From NCBI RefSeq assembly GCF_022539665.2, contig NC_081333.1, forward strand, positions 3,100,001-3,164,000: 64,000 bases of DNA, written 5' to 3'. Numbering within the stretch: position 1 is the stretch's first letter; each line of letters begins with the position of its first letter. The position numbers and the translations under genes are program-made. Shown here piece after piece: positions 12,683 to 24,862 of the stretch. Source of the stretch: Daphnia carinata. Taxonomy: Eukaryota. Under the pieces are notes generated by a model, which was given only the letters and a program-made list of their open reading frames with translations, was not told the origin of the DNA and made no database searches.

Positions 12683-14783
12683 ATGTCTAAATTATATTTT
12701 CTATTCTTGGTAGTATGGGGTTTTTGGTAGTAACCAGTTGCAAAGTTGCTGATGATAACGGTTTACATAAGCAACGTAACGGCTTAGAACGAAAACATCT
12801 GCAAATTGTCACAGGCCAAGTAAGTTCAAATGTTGTCATATTACGTGGAAATTAATCGATTACATGTAGTGGTTTAAATTTTAACTGATAACTTGCTTTA
12901 AAAATAGTTCCCTCCAGCGATTGTAGTAATAAGAAATTCCTCTAGTCACGTTGTTGGGTATTCCGGTCTGCTATTCCACCACCTCCTGTTCCTGTCTAAA
13001 AAATTAAAATTCACGTACATTCTTATACTAACAAAAATATATATATATATATATTTATTAGCCATGTTTGTTGACGATTTCAGATATAACATATTCATCG
13101 TAGCAGAGAACACCAATGGAATTAAGGTCAATGGTACATGGAATGGAATAATTGGGGCGTTGCTAAGAGAAGTATGGAAATTTTACGGCATTGTTTAAAC
13201 AGGGTAACGTTTGTGTCACTTATTTCTTCTTCATCAGGAAGCTGATATTGGTTTAACACCAGTAGCTATTTCTCTTCAGCGGTATGAAGCTCTCGATTTC
13301 GGGAGAGGATTGGAGGAGACTGGACGGACATCCTGGTCAGATATCCTCCCCCTTTCGTTTCATTTACCAGCACGCTCGATTTATTCTCGAAAGACGTAAT
13401 AAAAATTCTCAAAATATGCGTTTCATTATTCATTTAAATCTCCGTTTAGGTATGGATCGAATTTTTAGCTTCTGCTTTCGTAGTTACCGGATTTTTCATC
13501 GTGTTGACCTCCATAGGAAAACGGTTGCACGACACGCAGGATTCCGCGACGAGCACGGCCGCTTTTGCGTGGTACTTGTTCGGTACCTTCTTTTCTCAAG
13601 GTTGGATTAGTTTAATTACGGAAACATGTTAACCCGTAAAACGAAAATATAATTTCAAAAAAATAATTAAGAAACTAAATCGCTTTCTATTCCTTTACAT
13701 GTTATAACATACAAGGAAATCGTATCCTAGCTAGCCAACGATTTCAACAAATCCTCGCCGCAACATGGTGTCTAGCAGCTTTCGTCTTCGTCAACACTTA
13801 TAATTGCACTTTAACGTCTTACATGTCGGTGACATATCAAAAACCAGAAATCAACTCATTTAAGGAGTTGGCAACCTCCACAACTCACCAAGCCAACGTC
13901 CTAATCGGCTCTATACAAGAAATTGACTTATTAGTTCGTAGATAAATTATGAATATTTAACTAACTATATAGCTGCGGGTAACAAACACTATCTCCTATA
14001 GATGTCGACTAATGAATATATAAAAACGATTGCAGTGAGAATGAAACAATGTCCTGATTGTAGGAAATTCAACTCTAGCGATCAGGCTTTGCAAGTTTTA
14101 AAAAACGACAATTACGCTGCCATTATAGTAAGCAGTTTGCCTTTTAATTAAATAGCAGGTAACAGTGTCTTTTGGAAGCAGGCATATAGCAGTGGTAAAA
14201 ATAACAATGTCCTGATTGTAGGAAATTCAACTCTAGCGATCAAGCTTTGCAAGTTATAAAACACGAGAATTACGTTGCCATTATGGTAAGCAGTTTGCCT
14301 TTTAATTAAATAGCAGGTAACAGTGTCTTTTGGAAGCAGGCATATAGCAGTGGTAAAAATAACATGCAGAAATATTCCTCTGAGAGAGGCAAATGCCTTT
14401 TAACCATGGCCAAGGAGAAAACGACGTGGGCTAATATGTTCCTTGCCGTCCCGAAAACAAGCCCATACAAAGAGGAAATTGAAAGAGAGTAAACGTGTTT
14501 CTTTGATTAAGATAATCAGCTTAAAAAACAGTTAAATATTACGTATACATCAAGGTCTTTATGGTTTCATACCGCTGGGTTACGTGAATATTGGTCCGTT
14601 CGCCAAGCAAAATATCCCAAGGAATGCGAGCTCACCTACAACAACAAAGGAATGTCTACCAAGAGATCGAGCAATCAAATTAAATTGGAACAGTTTCATC
14701 TACCTTTCCTGATTCTCATTGGCGGCTATGTCCTTAGTCTCCCACAGTTTTGTCGCGAACTTCTTTATCGTCGTAGACATTGA
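12683..14783 (+). pseudogene. IR-b: ionotropic receptor pseudogene (paralog of IR-a)
   Basis: Colinear with 5641-7565. Frameshift in exon 1 gives TAG at 12728-12730; 1-nt deletion at ~13300; 158-bp internal tandem duplication at 14045-14364. Confidence 0.8.
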
Positions 14784-15502
14784 TTAGAAGCGATGTCACG
14801 ATATTGCCGACACATCTTCTGTGTTGAACGTAGTCGTATTCAAATCTAGTTCAAAACATTGCTTAACAATCATTAACGTTTCATAAACTCTAAATATTTT
14901 CACTTAATCCAATCAAGTTACCCTTTTCAATGTTTTTTCGGACAGAGGTGATCCGACTGTGGTGCGTCTGACACTGAAATGAAAATTATAGTCACACGCT
15001 AGACATAAACGCTTGCCTAAAGGAAGAGGTAGATATCGAGGGGGAAGAGTAAGAAAACGAGCTTTTAGAAAAATATAAATCTTTGCTAAGTCTCATGCCT
15101 TACAGTTGGTTACCTCTATGACAGGTGTCGTGAACATCAACAACTGTAACAAAAAGGTTATTAAGCGGAAATACATTTTGTTTACGACCAGTGGAAGTGA
15201 TAAGTTTTAACTAAGTGAGAAATATTTAACGTTATCTACATTAGGCAAGGCTGACGCTGCAAGAAAAAAAAGACGTCCACATAAAAGAGTTTATGATAAA
15301 TATTAGAATCCTTATACCGTCCGTATATCCGTGCTACGACACGGTTTAATGTGGCCTTAAAGTGCGGACAGCAATTGATAACAAGACGTTATCAATAAAG
15401 GAGGTCCAAAGCTCTTCTGATGCACTTCATCGCAACGCAAATAATTCTAGTTGCGTAGGCAGTTCGTTTTCGTGAACAACAATAACAACAGTGATTATTG
15501 CA

Positions 15503-16489
15503 ATGGCCCAACATTCAGAAAATATTCGGAAAGTTGCTCTTATTACCGGTAATTTACCAATATAACGGTGAATAGCACCAGTATATAATTACCTTGATTT
15601 TTCACGTGTTCCAGGTTCAAGTTGCGGCATTGGGGCGGCTACGGCTGTCCAGTTTGCCACTCTGGGTTATCGTTTATCTCTTTATGCTCTGAATGTTCCA
15701 GCGGATGAAGCAGGTTTAGCTGAAACGAAATCTCGTTGCCTTACAGCCAACCCTCAATTAACATCAGATGACGTAAGTTTTGCGCTACATAAAATGAACG
15801 AAAGAAGAAAAATCAAGCTCGATTTGTCCGTTAGATCATGACAATGACTGGAGATTTAACTGTAGAAGAAAACTGCCATTTTTTGATAGCGAAAACCATT
15901 GAAACCTTCAAGAGACTTGACGTCTTGGTAGCAAATGCTGGAATAGTCAGTGCTGGTCGACTTGAAAACATGAAAATGGAAGACTTTGATAAAGTAATGA
16001 ACATCAACTGTCGCGTTGTTGTTTTGATGAACAAATTAGTCATCCCTTACCTGTCGGAGACTAAAGGAAACATTATCAACGTGTCCAGCGTCGCTGGACT
16101 ACGAGCAGTATGTCAATCGACACAAACTATGTCTTGTTTATGGATTCATTTTCAATTATTAGTGCACAGACATGATGGCCTATTGTATAAGCAAGGCTGC
16201 AATTGCCCAGCTAACTCGCTGCGCTGCTTCAGAACTGGCATCTAAAGGGATTCGAGTGAATGCCGTTTGTCCAGGCATTATTGGCAATACTCAAATCTTT
16301 TCCAACGCTGGCTTATCCAAGGAGCTTCAGGATTTTACTTTTGAGCGTGTCAAAACAAGTCACCCATTAGGTCGTGCTGGAACTCCGGAAGAAGTGGCAA
16401 AGTCCATCGCTTTTCTAGCGTCCGAAGAACACGCTTCATTTCTGACTGGAGTGACACTGTCCGTCGATGGCGGACGTTCTGTTTCATAA
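15503..16489 (+). CDS. Classical short-chain dehydrogenase/reductase (FabG-like)
   Basis: Four exons (15503-15548, 15615-15772, 15835-16107, 16163-16489). TGSSCGIG cofactor motif, NAG, NVSS, catalytic YCISK, RVNAVCPG, VDGG. Confidence 0.92.
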
Positions 16490-16969
16490 TGATGCAAACA
16501 GGCAATGATTTAGCAAAGTTATTAATAGTGACTGACAGCTATTGTATGCGATAGAATTGTACTATTCTTTGGAGCAAAATGCGACATTTCTCTTTGAATA
16601 GTTCTGTGAATAAACAATCGAAATGTGTGCGTCCACTGGCCTTTATATGATTGCATTTTGTGCTGCACTAGCTCGTTGATTAACTGCTTCATTGCAACGC
16701 AGCCAAACATATGTTCAGAACGATCGTTCTAAACATAATACACTGCAATTTCAACAACACCAGAAGTTGATAAAGCAATTGTTTTTTTAACGCAATTTTG
16801 GAATAAGGTTTAGCGATAAGAGAGCTAGCAGAAGTTTAACGTAAAGATATGCAATTTGAGATAAGTACACACTTTAGAATCAGAAAACAAAAATTTAGTT
16901 CTACTTGTCACGCCCTGCACGACTAGTGTAACTTACATCCTTCCATTCGCCACCAGATTAACTGAAATC

Positions 16970-18066
16970 ATGGTAAGAGCAAAAAGTTTTTTTGAAATCA
17001 TTAGAGCTGTTCTACATATAATCAAAAATGATTGATATTCAAAATATTAACTAGTCCTTTCTTGCAAACAGTCTAGCAAAATTGTAGATTATGACAGGAA
17101 AGCTTTACTGGGCGAGGGCATAGCTGCCCAGGTATTTTTAGGCACTTTTGCTGGCAACCAAATTGCCGTAAAAAAGATACAAAAAAGAATGGAACAAAAT
17201 CAGAACAAAGATGTTAAAAGCCGCGAAGATACATCCATGAAACAATTCGATCATCCCAATGTTCTCAAATTAATTGAGATACAAGAAGATGTAGATTTTA
17301 AGTACGTACATTTACCCAACAAATACCAATACCTAATCTCGTGTTTAATGTACCCAATTTTATTCTTAATAAAGGTATTTAATATTGGAACTATGTTTGG
17401 GAACACTTCGCGATTACATAAGAGAAAGGTACACCGGCACGATGCCTTCCGAACTCGACGGGATGATTCAAATGGCTAGCGGATTGCAATATATTCACGA
17501 CCAGAAATTTGTCCATCGAGATATCAAACCAGAAAATGTATTGATTTCTAAATCCCACGTTCTGAAAATATCGGATTTCGGATTCTGCCGCCCAGTTACA
17601 GGATCCGGAAGTTTCTCTATGTCCAGCGGACCCAAAGGCACCAAAATCTATAACTCCCCCGAATACCTTCGTATAGAAGAGAAACCCGAAGAGGAAAGAG
17701 GGCAAATTCGAGCTAATGTGTCGATAGACATCTTTTCTTTAGGCTGTGTCTTTTTTAGTTACATTACAAAAGGCGGTCATCCTTTCGCTACGGGAAAGAA
17801 TCCCGTTGAATTTGAAACCGTCGCCAACATTTACAAAGGCGAAAAGTTCATCCGCAACGTTAATTCTGGTAAGCAATTTCAAATTAAATGTAAACTGACA
17901 AGATACTTATTCGTATACCTGTTGCACTCTAGATCTATCGAAGGATTACGACTATGCATTGCCGATGATTGACGGCATGACTGAGTTTAGTGCAAACAAC
18001 CGTTGGAGTCTGCAAAAAGTTTTGGAAATTCTAAAGAATCAGAACTTGAAGTCTCCAGAAAAATGA
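16970..18066 (+). CDS. K5: IRE1-like stand-alone kinase
   Basis: ATG 16970-16972 followed by GTAAGA donor; exons 17072-~17301, ~17374-17868, 17933-18066. IAVK, HRDIKPEN, SDFG, SFSMSSG, GGHPF. Confidence 0.9.
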
Positions 18067-18502
18067 AAAGCAAATTGGTTTCATTTAACAGATTAAGATG
18101 CATGTTAAAAACGAAATACAAAGCAGCTCGACTACGTCGCTTAACCGATAAGGAAAACAAATAAACTATTGCATCAAAAAGTTGTTGCAATATTAAACAG
18201 ACTGGATCGCATTATAACAACCATATCATTTATACGGCCTTTGCGATTAGATGAATTGCCATGGCAACATTTTCTTGTACTATCAGCATAATTTCCAAGC
18301 CAAGTCTAATTTACCCAACACGAGGCTTCTACATATGTTGACACGATAAGATAAGACAATTTTGGATGCATATCAATCGCGTAACGAAAAGAATAAACTC
18401 ACCTGTATTAGAGATGTGTCAGCTATCAAACGCTGAAACCAAACATTTGAACTTACCTTTTGAGTAGAGAAAGAGGTGCACTGTGTTATTGCTATTGCAG
18501 CG

Positions 18503-19496
18503 ATGTCAACAACAGCCGGCGATGAGGCATCTATCGCAAGTAGTCCGAAATTACTGGGTAAAGGAGCGTTCGGCATTGTTTACGAAGGATCCTGGAATGG
18601 AGAAAAAGTGGCCATCAAGCGGATTGACAAAACCGAATTTCTCGTTTTAAATGAGTCTGTTGATTCATCCAGTGGTGGGCAACAAAGGGAGGAAGAAAAC
18701 ATGAAAAAGCTGGACCATCCCAACGTCCTCAAACTCCTCCACCTCGAAGTCGATGACAATTTCAAGTACGTACAAACTTAGTTTAATGAACTACTTAAAC
18801 CAGACAATAAGAATAGTATGGATAAGGTATTTTTATCTCGAGTTTTGCGAAGCAACTATTGGAGATTACAATAAAGGGAAGTACACCGGTCGTATGCCAC
18901 CTTCTGAAGCTGATTCTTTACATCAAATGGCCATTGGATTGTCTTACATTCACGCAATGGGTCAAGTCCATCGAGACATTAAAGAAGATAACGTCCTAAT
19001 CCACAAATCATCTATCCTCAAGATTTCCGATTTTGGCTTCTCAAAGCCAACCACTGCCAGCGGTAGCTACTCATTGAAAAGCGGTATTAAAGGCACAAGA
19101 AATTACCTCTCGCCCGAGCTGCTTAAACTGGCCGAAGAGCAAGCCAGTTTCGGTATATTAGCCCATCAGAAGAGCAACATTTCGTCCGACGTCTTCGCCC
19201 TAGGATGCGTCTTTTATAGCTACCTAACCAAAGGGAAACATCCGTTCGCAGATCCGAAAGGATCCTTCTTCATTCCTGCGAATGTTCTGGAAGGAAAATC
19301 CAAACTCGAGCGTAAGAAAATTGATTATTTTAAGAGATATGATGATTAACGAATCCTGTTTTGATTTACAGTGATTACCGACCCACTTTTCCAGTCCATT
19401 GTCGGGGGAATGATTGCTTTCAATCCCGCCTCACGCTGGAGCCTTGATGCAGTCGAATTACAGTTAAAACTTCGTTTAAAACAAACAGTTAATTAG
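18503..19496 (+). CDS. K6: IRE1-like stand-alone kinase (more divergent paralog)
   Basis: Exons 18503-18765, 18827-19311, 19372-19496. GKGAFG, VAIK, HRDIKEDN, SDFG, SPE, GKHPF. Confidence 0.9.
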
Positions 19497-20438
19497 CAGA
19501 TGTTCGTATGAAATTCGCTATCGCATGACCAACATTACGTTATACTACTTTTACTTAGCTATGCCCAACACTGTTATTTCCTACCTATTCCGAAATATGC
19601 TGGTTGACAGTGTATAACTTAAAATTCCCGTATCCCTAGCATTATTGACATGAATTAAACAGTAGACTTACCAGAAGAAAGTAGCTATATCCCCGACCGC
19701 TGCTACTACCGTCGTTCACGTTTGTTGTTGTTGTTAAAGATGTTAATTCTTCCACTCGTTCAGCATCTCCGCAGGCTGATGAAGATGGATTTATCGTAAC
19801 CACGCAAAGCAACTAACGCGAGCGATTTAGAGAGGTACAGCAAATTGCCAAAAGCCGGTATTCGGAAGTGACCTGCAATTCTAGCAGTAACTTTAGTTAA
19901 TAGCTATAGATATCGATGATAAACAAGTACAACTGTAAAATGCCCCCTTACCTACGCGCAGCTCCCTATCAACGTTGGAATTGTTCACTTTAATTGAGTA
20001 AGTTGAGTGAGAACCAATAAACACAAAACTCATGACTCGCCAGTAGAAGGATCGGGTTGGAGAGCTGAGCTGCTAATGCCTATAAATTATAGATTTAAAA
20101 TGAAACAATTTATCGACGAACCACAAGCTTTTATCCCCATGAAATATTCAAAGAAAACGCAATTTTTTAACGCTTTGCACAACACTAAATAACTACGTTG
20201 CACAACAGCGTGAAAACCTGTGAATTATGCAAAAATACAGCAAAATGATTGGTTCTCCTTTCGAAGAAATTTAAAAATTTAAAAATGTAACGGCTAATAG
20301 CAAAAGCAAGCGTCGTCAAATCTAAAGAAGATAACAAAAGATAAGATTAAACGATATAATGCAACGTTCACCCTCAGAACTTTCCTTTTCCAGTGCGCAT
20401 ACGAGAAGCGTAGTATTTCGTAAGAAACAAAGAACAAA

Positions 20439-21520
20439 ATGGAATCTACAGAAAACCAAGGTAAATTTCTTTTAAATGAAAAAAATAAGGGTTGAGCGAA
20501 CGAACGTTAATTATCATTTACAATATACCTACAATCCAGGGCCCGTTATGACTTTCTCAAGAGAAAACATTTTAGGCCGAGGAGCGTTTGCTTGTGTCTT
20601 TGCCGGGACCCTTAATGGAGTGCCCGTTGCTGTGAAACGTATTCAGTTACACGATTTAGAAGACGAGATTCAAGCCCACGAAGAAAACAAATTGAAATCA
20701 ATGGATCACGAAAACGTCCTAAAAATTCTGCACACCGAAGAAAACGAGGATTTCAAGTAATTTCAAAACCTTTCGTTACGCATTCGTTTGCTCAACCCTC
20801 AACTGACATATGTACATTGTTGCAAAATAGATTTCTTGTTCTGGAACTTTGCGAAGCCACCCTCCACGATTACATCCGAAGACGTTACGTAGGAGATATG
20901 CCCACCGATCCCAACGCTTTACACCAAATGGCTAGCGGATTGTCTTACATACACTCCAAAGGATTCGTCCATCGCAACGTTAAGCCAGAGAACGTGTTAA
21001 TCAGCCAAACAGGCGTCCTTAAAATTGCCGATTTCGGTTACTGCAAACCGTTCCGCAAGACCAGCAGTTTTTCAATGAGCATCCCGAGAGGCAATCGGAT
21101 CTATTGCTCACCTGAATTTCTCCAGTTAGAAAGCAAAACCAAAGAAGAAAAAGAAAAAATCAATAATGATAAAGCGATTGACATCTTCTCACTGGGTTGT
21201 TTGTTCTTCTGCTACATCAAAATGGGTGACCATCCGTTCGCAAAACCGGGATCGCCAGTCAATTACACCGTTACCAGCAACATCGTCTACGGAAAAAAAT
21301 ATTTACATCTTGGTGAGTAGACAGTGGTAGTGAGATAATAAATTTTCGATGCAAGAACATTTGAAAAAACAAAATCCCGTTTATAGCAATGACAAGAGAA
21401 CACTACGCATTTGACATCATCGACGGAATGACGCAAGCAGTCCCAGAAGATCGTTGGAAATTAGAACGTGTGATAGAACTGTTGACGCCTCGCGTGGTTA
21501 AAGACAAAACAAACGCTTAA
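20439..21520 (+). CDS. K7: IRE1-like predicted pseudokinase (HRN)
   Basis: Exons 20439-20460, 20540-20756, 20831-21312, 21387-21520. GRGAFA, VAVK, HRNVKPEN, ADFG, GDHPF. Confidence 0.88.
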
Positions 21521-21523
21521 CTA

Positions 21524-21688
21524 TATCAGTCATGCCTGAAATGTTGCTCGGGCATAGATACTTCGGCCAACGAGAAGGTGGCCTGAAGGCGATTTGGAGA
21601 GCCGTCACAGGTCCCAATATGCTAACACCACCTAGGCATTTTTGGGCCGGCAATCACTGGCCAGACAAAATTTCGGCATGACGGTATA
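21524..21688. mobile_element. MITE-like element (~160 bp, imperfect terminal inverted repeats, TA-rich flanks)
   Basis: Left end TATATCAGTCATGCCTGAAATGTTG; reverse complement of right end TATACCGTCATGCCGAAATTTTG; GC-richer interior than flanks. Confidence 0.6.
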
Positions 21689-22997
21689 TGCACCAACATT
21701 TAAAAAAAAATACAATTACAAGTAGCCTTAGCAATACATTTCGCTTAATCTCTTTCAAGAGAACTACTGCCTTGACTAACTTGCCAAACTCAAACAGTTG
21801 GATGGTCTACGTACGTAGAACACCGGAATAGAAAACGTGGCCGCTACTACTGCGTATCTACTCGAAACCTTGTTTAATTATTTACAATACGAAACGATGT
21901 CACGCTGGCAAACGAAATGAAATTCGACTGCACACCAAGATAAGAATCACATTCTGAGATGCGTTGCAACTCCAACTGTTATGCAATTGTATTCGGCGTG
22001 TGCGCATCTCAAAGCCACACTAGATTTCCTAACAGGAATGTCTGACGTTGATCCACGCTTCATGAAAAGCTGCAATACTACTAATAGGACTTCCATTATC
22101 AACGATCGAATATGGCATGAGCATAATGTGAAAACTTATATCAGTTCAGAAACATAGCATTAAGAAACCAGATTTACGTAAATACCCTCTTCCTGTGGTT
22201 AGAAACCGCCCTTCTTTAATAGTGGACATTTACAGGTGGGAAAAGAAACGGAGCAGTAAATAAGGCAAGGAGACATCTAGCTAGTTTATGAACGACTCCT
22301 TCCGCAATAATTAGCGAGCCAACAGTCAGCATCAAAATCTCGATTAACGATAATCTTATTTTAAAATCAGAGGCATAGTTAAGCTCAGAACGAAAGCAAC
22401 AGCTCGGATTGTTGAGAAAAATTTTGGATGTCGAAGAATCTCAACAGTAATTGACCGGTGCTTCGTCCAGTATTTGGACGACTAGAATCTTAGCGATCCA
22501 TTGAGGACACGTTTCATTAAACCAAAACCACACTCAAATACATCAACGAAAGAATCGGCCCAATTATGACAAAATTAAAGCCTTTTACCTGTGGAAATTT
22601 TAATAAGAGAAAAGACCTCAACGCGGATAATAGAACGCAATACTTTTACCACCATTACATGAAAACGATTACTTGTAACCCTTCACCACGACCGTCCTTT
22701 CAAAGTTATTTGCGTACAAACAATTAAAACCATTAAAGCACTCAATTTTAATGCACAGCCTGCTACTATTGTGCCAACAATTAAACTGTCGATAAGGAAT
22801 TGCAAAAATCTACACGACGAAACGTTTGGACGTGAACAACCAGCCACATCGAGCACTGCACTGTAACTACATTCTCAACAAATATGAAATAAAAAGCAAA
22901 ACTCAGACGGTTAAGTGCACACAGAACAAAAGGTGTGGGTAAGCTGCGTCTTACTGGGGATGGGTTACCTATTCGACTTCTGCCACATTGCAAAATT

Positions 22998-23126
22998 TTC
23001 TTTTCGAATTATTCGTTCCACAGCCCTAGAATTTCACAGCTGCAGGTGATATGCAAGGACACAGGTAAACCGTGGAGGATAGGCGATCATTTTTGAAAAG
23101 GTGGGGTGTAGTATGGCACGTGCAAC
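22998..23126. repeat. Single subunit of the dispersed repeat (copy E)
   Basis: GGTGATATGCAAGGACACAGGT..CCGTGGAGGATAGGCGATCATTTTTGAAAAGGTGGGGTGTAG..GGCACGTGCAAC matches copies A-D. Confidence 0.75.
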
Positions 23127-23883
23127 GTAACATGAAACTTAAACTAATTAAAATATAACATATACATTAGTGGAATTAGATTTACACTTTCGATTTAAAG
23201 AAAACAGGGTTTCAACGTCAGCTTATGTTTCACCGATGTCCCTTAGCCAATGGAAAACATCTAAAACGGCGAAAATAAACTAACTCACCAAGTTTAAATC
23301 AAGGATTTTTGCTAGAACGTTTTTCTTGGCCATAAATTTTAAATTATTCAAGTTGCTTTGAAAATCGGCCGGCTTATCTGAGATAACCGATGTTATCTAT
23401 ACTAGGCATTTCTATCTCGTGTCTTACGATGGCAAGTCTGGAGCAACAAAGGACAATTCGATTGATTCTACATGCCGCCAATTAATTTCTTTCAACAAAT
23501 GGCTAATTAATCGTTTATAAATACCTAACATACAAAATACTATCGGGTAAAACCATACGCACTAAACTAATGGCAAGCTTAACGATGGGGAAGAGAAAAG
23601 TAGAAAAAAGTACATCGTTGGAGATAAGATCGTGGCAAGAACAAAACGTATAGATATAAATTCAGTTCGTGATTGTACAATCGGACCTAAAACTTGTTAG
23701 TTTACTTGCTGCACATCGCACAACTCTCGCAATTTTTGAATCCTTCCATTAACTAAAACAAAGGTAACCGCATCAAAATACATTCTTTAAAAGTAAAAAA
23801 AAAGCTGTTCCATTTGCCAGCATATGCAGCATTACGAATATTCCAGTACTCTATAACTCGTCGTTTCTTGTAGAATAGCTAGC

Positions 23884-24862
23884 ATGGCTGTCAAATTCGA
23901 CAGGAGTGCAGTATTGGGCAATGGCATAGATGGCATGGTGTTTTTGGGCACTTTTGCTGGAGAAGAAGTTGCCGTCAAGAGGATCCAGTTAAGAATGGAC
24001 AAAGATGCCAATGATGCCCGTCAAAGTCGTGAAGAAGAAGCCATGAAAAAACTGGAACACCCTAATGTTCTCAAATTAATTGAGGTTCAAAAAGACCTCG
24101 ATTTCAAGTAAGCAAACCTAATTTCACCTTCACTTCACTCAATTCAATTGTTAACATTTGCAAAAGGTATTTTATTTTGGAACTATGCCTGGGAACAGTT
24201 AGCGATCACATCAAAGGAAACTACAAAGGCCCGATGCCTTCCGAAATCGACGGAATGATTCAAATGGCTAGCGGATTGCAATATATTCATTCACGGCAAT
24301 TCGTCCATCGAGATATCAAACCAGGAAATGTATTGATTTCTAAATCCCACGTTCTGAAAATATCGGATTTCGGATTCTGCCGACCAGTTACACTTTCCGG
24401 AAGTTTTTCAATGTCGAGCGGACCCAAAGGCACCAGGATCTATAACTCGCCGGAATTCCACGATTCGGAAAACAAAAGCCCAGCGGAGAAGGAAAAAATG
24501 CGAGCTAATGTGTCAACAGACATCTTTTCTTTAGGCTGTTTGTTTCATACTTACATCACAAAAGGCTGTCATCCTTTCGCTAAAGGAAAGGTTACCAACG
24601 AGACCGAAACCATCGGCAACATCCTTAATGGGAATAAATTTCTTGCAAGCGGCGAGTCTGGTAAGCGATTTGAGATTAAGGTAAAACTGGAATTCAGATG
24701 TTATTTATTCGTGTTTCTATTACTGTTCTAGGTCTTTCAAAGGATCATTATGCATTTTCAATGATCGACGGTATGACGGAGAAGATTGCAAAAGACCGTT
24801 GGAAATTAGACCTAGTTTTGGAAACTCTGAAAAGTCAGAAACTGATACTTCCACAGGAATGA
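23884..24862 (+). CDS. K8: IRE1-like stand-alone kinase
   Basis: Exons 23884-24107, 24167-24660, 24732-24862. VAVK, HRDIKPGN, SDFG, SFSMSSG, GCHPF. Confidence 0.9.

Noticed and set aside
1..18766. Duplicated blocks as uncollapsed haplotypes
   Set aside because: Copies differ by many substitutions, indels and gene-specific decay and are arranged as a mosaic, which fits real paralogy better; long reads would be needed to exclude it fully.
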